The notes under the pieces: model-generated
The model's database searches: none
Told to the model about the DNA's origin: nothing
What the model saw: only the letters and a program-made list of their open reading frames with translations
Shown here: piece after piece, positions 16,348 to 20,000 of the stretch
Numbering within the stretch: the stretch's first letter is position 1
Layout of the letters: every line of letters starts with the position of its first letter
Source: an uncultured virus (IMG/VR IMGVR_UViG_2822368973_000001)
Taxonomy: Duplodnaviria > Heunggongvirae > Uroviricota > Caudoviricetes
IMG/VR virus record: IMGVR_UViG_2822368973_000001
Coordinates: 50,683-70,682 of that record
DNA: 20,000 bases
Reading direction: 5' to 3' (one strand)
Made by a program: the position numbers and the translations under genes

Positions 16348-18239
16348 AAATGTTAACTGTGGAGAACTTATCGAAATCATACGGAGAAAAACCGTTATTT
16401 GATGGATTATCATGTAGTATTACAGAAGGACAACGTGTCGGAATTATTGGTGTAAATGGTACTGGTAAATCAACATTATTAAAAATTATTGCAGGGTTAG
16501 AAACTCCTGATACAGGTGAAATGACGCATTCACGTGGATATACAATTAGTTATTTATCACAGCAACCAGAGTTTGATGAAAAACTAACAGTATTAGAGCA
16601 AGTGTTCCATGGTGATACACCTTTAATTCGTCTTCTTCGTGATTATGAAAAAGCACTATTAAATATTGAAAAAGATCCAAGTAATGAAAAAGTACAGGAA
16701 CAATTATTTGCAGTGCAGCAACGTATGGATGCAATGAGTGCATGGGAAGCAAATGCAAATGCGAAATCTCTTCTAACGAAATTAGGAATTACAGATTTCA
16801 CTGCAACTGTTGGGAATTTATCTGGTGGACAGAAAAAACGTATCGCAATGGCACAATGTTTTATTGAAACACCTGATTTATTAATTTTAGACGAGCCTAC
16901 GAACCATCTTGACCATGAGACAGTTGAATGGTTAGAAGAATATTTAGCAAGATATACAGGGGCGGTATTACTTGTAACCCATGATCGTTATTTCTTAGAT
17001 CGTGTGACGAATCGTATTTTTGAATTAGATAATGGTAAACTATATAGCTACGAAGGAAACTATAGTACATTTTTAGAAGCGAAAGCACTTCGTGAAGAGC
17101 AAGAATTGGCACAAGAATCCAAACGCCAAAATTTATATCGTCGTGAACTTGCTTGGATTCGCCGTGGTGCAAAAGCCCGTTCTACGAAACAAAAGGCGCG
17201 TATTCAGCGTTTTGATGAGTTAAAGGAACAAGAAGGGCCAGCTGCAAAACAGTCAGTTGATATTGCACTAAGTGGAAGTCGTTTAGGAAAGAAAGTACTT
17301 GAGTTAAAAGATGTAACGAAAAAATTTGGCGATAAGACGGTATTACATAATTTTAATCATATTGTGAAACCAGGCGATCGTATCGGAATTATTGGGGCGA
17401 ATGGAAGCGGGAAATCTTCTCTATTAAATATGCTTGCAGGCAAGTTATCTCCTGATAGTGGTGAAGTTGAAGTAGGACAAACTGTAAAAGTTGCTTATTA
17501 TACGCAAGAAAATGAAGAGATGAATTTAAATCAGCGTATGATTGAATACATTAAAGAGATTGCAGAAGTTATTCATACAACAGATGGAAAAGTAATTGGT
17601 GCATCTCAAATGTTAGAACGTTTCTTATTCCCGACGCATTCACATGGTACACCGCTTGGTAAACTATCTGGTGGTGAAAGAAGACGTTTATATTTATTAC
17701 GTATTTTAATGGGGGAACCAAACGTACTATTACTTGATGAACCTACGAATGATCTAGATACACAAACATTAACAGTACTAGAAGATTATTTAGAAGATTT
17801 CCCAGGTGTCGTTTTAACTGTATCGCATGACCGTTACTTCTTAGATAAAGTAGTAGATGAACTGTTCATCTTTACTGGCGGAGGAGAAGTGCGTGAGTTC
17901 CTAGGTAGTTATACAGATTATTTAGAAATGGAAAAAACGAAAGAACTTATTGAGAAAGCGGAAGTTCAAAAAGAGAAAAAAGTAGTAGAAGCAGCTCCAA
18001 AACAACAACGTAAACGTAAACTTTCATACAATGAGCAGCGTGAATGGGAAACAATTGAAGATACAATTGCCGAACTAGAAGAGAAAATTGAGTCAATTGG
18101 AGAAGAACTTGCGAAAGTTGGATCTGACTTCACAAAGGCACAAGAATTATCTGAAGCACAGCAGAAAACAGAAGAAGAGCTAGAAAAAACGATGGAAAGA
18201 TGGAGTGAACTATCAGATATCGTTGAAGGATTAAAATAA
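16344..18239 (+). CDS. yfmR: ABC-F family ATPase, YfmR/Uup-like
   Basis: Two ABC cassettes (GVNGTGKST / GANGSGKSS, LSGGQ / LSGGE, LDEPTN), no TM segments and a C-terminal coiled coil after KRKLSYNEQREW. ATGA overlap with the HD gene. Confidence 0.9.
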   Translation: MKMLTVENLSKSYGEKPLFDGLSCSITEGQRVGIIGVNGTGKSTLLKIIAGLETPDTGEMTHSRGYTISYLSQQPEFDEKLTVLEQVFHGDTPLIRLLRDYEKALLNIEKDPSNEKVQEQLFAVQQRMDAMSAWEANANAKSLLTKLGITDFTATVGNLSGGQKKRIAMAQCFIETPDLLILDEPTNHLDHETVEWLEEYLARYTGAVLLVTHDRYFLDRVTNRIFELDNGKLYSYEGNYSTFLEAKALREEQELAQESKRQNLYRRELAWIRRGAKARSTKQKARIQRFDELKEQEGPAAKQSVDIALSGSRLGKKVLELKDVTKKFGDKTVLHNFNHIVKPGDRIGIIGANGSGKSSLLNMLAGKLSPDSGEVEVGQTVKVAYYTQENEEMNLNQRMIEYIKEIAEVIHTTDGKVIGASQMLERFLFPTHSHGTPLGKLSGGERRRLYLLRILMGEPNVLLLDEPTNDLDTQTLTVLEDYLEDFPGVVLTVSHDRYFLDKVVDELFIFTGGGEVREFLGSYTDYLEMEKTKELIEKAEVQKEKKVVEAAPKQQRKRKLSYNEQREWETIEDTIAELEEKIESIGEELAKVGSDFTKAQELSEAQQKTEEELEKTMERWSELSDIVEGLK

Positions 18240-18314
18240 AAACAAGCTGCATATATTGAAAAGTAAAGAGAAAAACTTTACACTATTGGTAGAACCTATT
18301 TTAGGAGGGAAAAA

Positions 18315-19046
18315 ATGAGAACATCTAATCCAATGTTGAAAAAAGAGGCATTTCGTAAAGAGGGAGCAAGCGCTTCTGCGATGACTATTGGCGGAACAGT
18401 AGGCAAAACGTTTATCATGCTTATCTTGCTACTTGCAACGTCTGTCTATTCATACATACAGATGATGCAGGGTACGATGAAAATGCCAGTGTTAATTGGT
18501 GCATTAGTAATTGCGGCAATCATCGCATTTGCATCTATCTTCTTCCCGCGAATGGCACCAATTGGGGCGCCAATTTATGCGGCGGTAGAAGGAGTTGTAT
18601 TAGGAAGTATTTCAGCAGTTTATACAATGAAATTTGGCGATTCTATCGTTTTAAACGCTGTATTACTTACAATTTCAATTCTATTTGCAATGTTAGTTTT
18701 ATATGCAACACGCGTTGTAAAGGTAACTGATAAATTCCGTACGGGTGTAATTGCAGCGACAATGGGAATTATGGTTATGTATTTAATCGTATTCTTATTA
18801 AATATGTTCGGTGTAACTGTTCCATATATTCACCAGGGCGGTACAATCGGTATTATCATTAGTGCGGTTGTTATTGTAGTTGCTGCATTAAATTTATTAC
18901 TAGATTTCGATTTAATCGAAAGCGGTGCACGTAGCCAAGCTCCAAAATATATGGAATGGTACAGTGCAATGGGTCTAATGATGACTCTAGTATGGTTATA
19001 CTTAGAAATTCTTCGTTTCGTTTCTTACTTTACGAAAAATGACTAA
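18315..19046 (+). CDS. Bax inhibitor-1/YccA family membrane protein
   Basis: AGGAGG RBS; about 7 TM helices; MRTSNP, LLLDFDLIE and LVWLYLEILR motifs. Confidence 0.88.
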   Translation: MRTSNPMLKKEAFRKEGASASAMTIGGTVGKTFIMLILLLATSVYSYIQMMQGTMKMPVLIGALVIAAIIAFASIFFPRMAPIGAPIYAAVEGVVLGSISAVYTMKFGDSIVLNAVLLTISILFAMLVLYATRVVKVTDKFRTGVIAATMGIMVMYLIVFLLNMFGVTVPYIHQGGTIGIIISAVVIVVAALNLLLDFDLIESGARSQAPKYMEWYSAMGLMMTLVWLYLEILRFVSYFTKND

Positions 19047-19048
19047 TG

Positions 19049-19083
19049 AAAAAATCCTGCATGAAATGTGCAGGATTTTTTTA
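19049..19083 (+). terminator. Intrinsic terminator
   Basis: AAAAAATCCTGCA-7 nt-TGCAGGATTTTTT. Confidence 0.85.
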
Positions 19084-19151
19084 TTTTCAAAGATAAATTG
19101 AATGAATGGTATAATGTGGATGTTAGAAGTTTGAATGGAAGGGGATGGAAT

Positions 19152-19406
19152 ATGATGAAAGAGAAGAAAGGGATTATGAAAAAACTATTTTCTAAAAGTT
19201 TTTTCATAGAACTAGATGATGCTTTAACATATCCGTCAGCAGAATGCATTATTTCAGCCATTGAAGGGTATGCAGCTGAATGTAATGAACTACTAAAATT
19301 TGAGAGTAAAGTTAAACCGATTACATTCTACTTAGACGATGCATTGTTTAGCGCTGAAATAAAGATGGCTCGCGGAGGGTATTACATCTCTTGCAGTGAA
19401 ATATAA
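19152..19406 (+). CDS. Small hypothetical protein (possibly DUF4318-like)
   Basis: AAGGGGA RBS before ATG at 19152 and TGGTATAAT extended -10 upstream. Family name is from recall only. Confidence 0.7.
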   Translation: MMKEKKGIMKKLFSKSFFIELDDALTYPSAECIISAIEGYAAECNELLKFESKVKPITFYLDDALFSAEIKMARGGYYISCSEI

Positions 19407-19414
19407 TATATCTT

Positions 19415-19453
19415 GAAACCTTACATGTTCATAATATGTAGGGTTTCTTTTTT
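19415..19453 (+). terminator. Intrinsic terminator
   Basis: GAAACCTTACAT...ATGTAGGGTTTC followed by a T-tract. Confidence 0.75.
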
Positions 19454-19567
19454 GCTTTTTTATATGCAAAGTAATCCTTTTTACTTTAGAAATATATAAT
19501 TTTATCCTTTTTACCCTTCACACATTTTTCTTTACAATGAAGAAAAACATGCGAGGTGGTATAACTT

Positions 19568-19903
19568 ATGATGAATCGAGTTGTATTAATCGGTAGATTG
19601 ACAAAGGATCCAGAATTATACTACACAAAACAAGGCGTCGCTTATGCACGAATATGTGTTGCAGTGAATAGAGGATTTCGAAATAGTTTAGGTGAACAAC
19701 AAGCAGATTTTATAAATTGTGTCGTTTGGCGAAGAGCAGCTGAAAATGTAACAGAATATTGTACGAAGGGATCACTTGTTGGAATTACAGGGCGTATTCA
19801 TACGAATAATTACGATGATGAAAAAGGAAAGAAAATATATAGAACTGAAGTTGTGATTGAGAGTATTACCTTTTTGGAGAGAAGGAGGAAGGGGGCATCG
19901 TAA
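19568..19903 (+). CDS. ssbB: Short single-stranded DNA-binding protein (SsbB/YwpH type)
   Basis: [16 protein letters not shown]...ADFINCVVW...GRI OB fold. It lacks the acidic DDLPF tail of replicative SSB. Confidence 0.88.
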   Translation: MMNRVVLIGRLTKDPELYYTKQGVAYARICVAVNRGFRNSLGEQQADFINCVVWRRAAENVTEYCTKGSLVGITGRIHTNNYDDEKGKKIYRTEVVIESITFLERRRKGAS

Positions 19904-20000
19904 TAAAAGGGGATTTTAAGTAATAGCTTCGGAAAAAATTGTGGAAAGTATTTTAATAAATTTAAAGAAGGGGTACTGTCACATGCCCATCAAGCTAAGA

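Noticed and set aside
16344..18239. ABC-F as an antibiotic-resistance (ARE) factor
   Set aside because: The C-terminal coiled-coil extension and the RRGAKARSTKQKAR linker fit the housekeeping Uup/YfmR subfamily.
19568..19903. SSB as a phage replication gene
   Set aside because: It sits among core-looking genes well away from the phage-like block and matches the short chromosomal SsbB/YwpH type.

Overview
Low-GC Bacillus cereus-group-like chromosomal window in three parts. (1) 1-12285: the 3' part of a tightly packed + strand operon of uncharacterised, structural-looking proteins (one paralog pair, one paralog trio, a long acidic repeat protein and a candidate adhesin/receptor-binding protein), ending in a holin and a signal-peptide-bearing amidase. 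It looks like a phage-derived extracellular structure, but no capsid, tape-measure, sheath or integrase gene is recognisable in the window. (2) 12286-14860: an AT-rich accessory segment. It holds a small membrane-protein gene with its own promoter, bracketed by two directly repeated dif-like (Xer) sites, followed by a Rap-Phr pair whose Phr carries two DHGRPPAP copies plus a terminal DHGEHI. (3) 14862-20000: core-looking genes, namely a Pro/Gln-rich tandem-repeat protein with a sigmaK-like promoter, an HD hydrolase, an ABC-F ATPase (YfmR/Uup-like), a BI-1/YccA membrane protein, a small hypothetical protein and a short SSB. All calls are by eye; no database searches were run.
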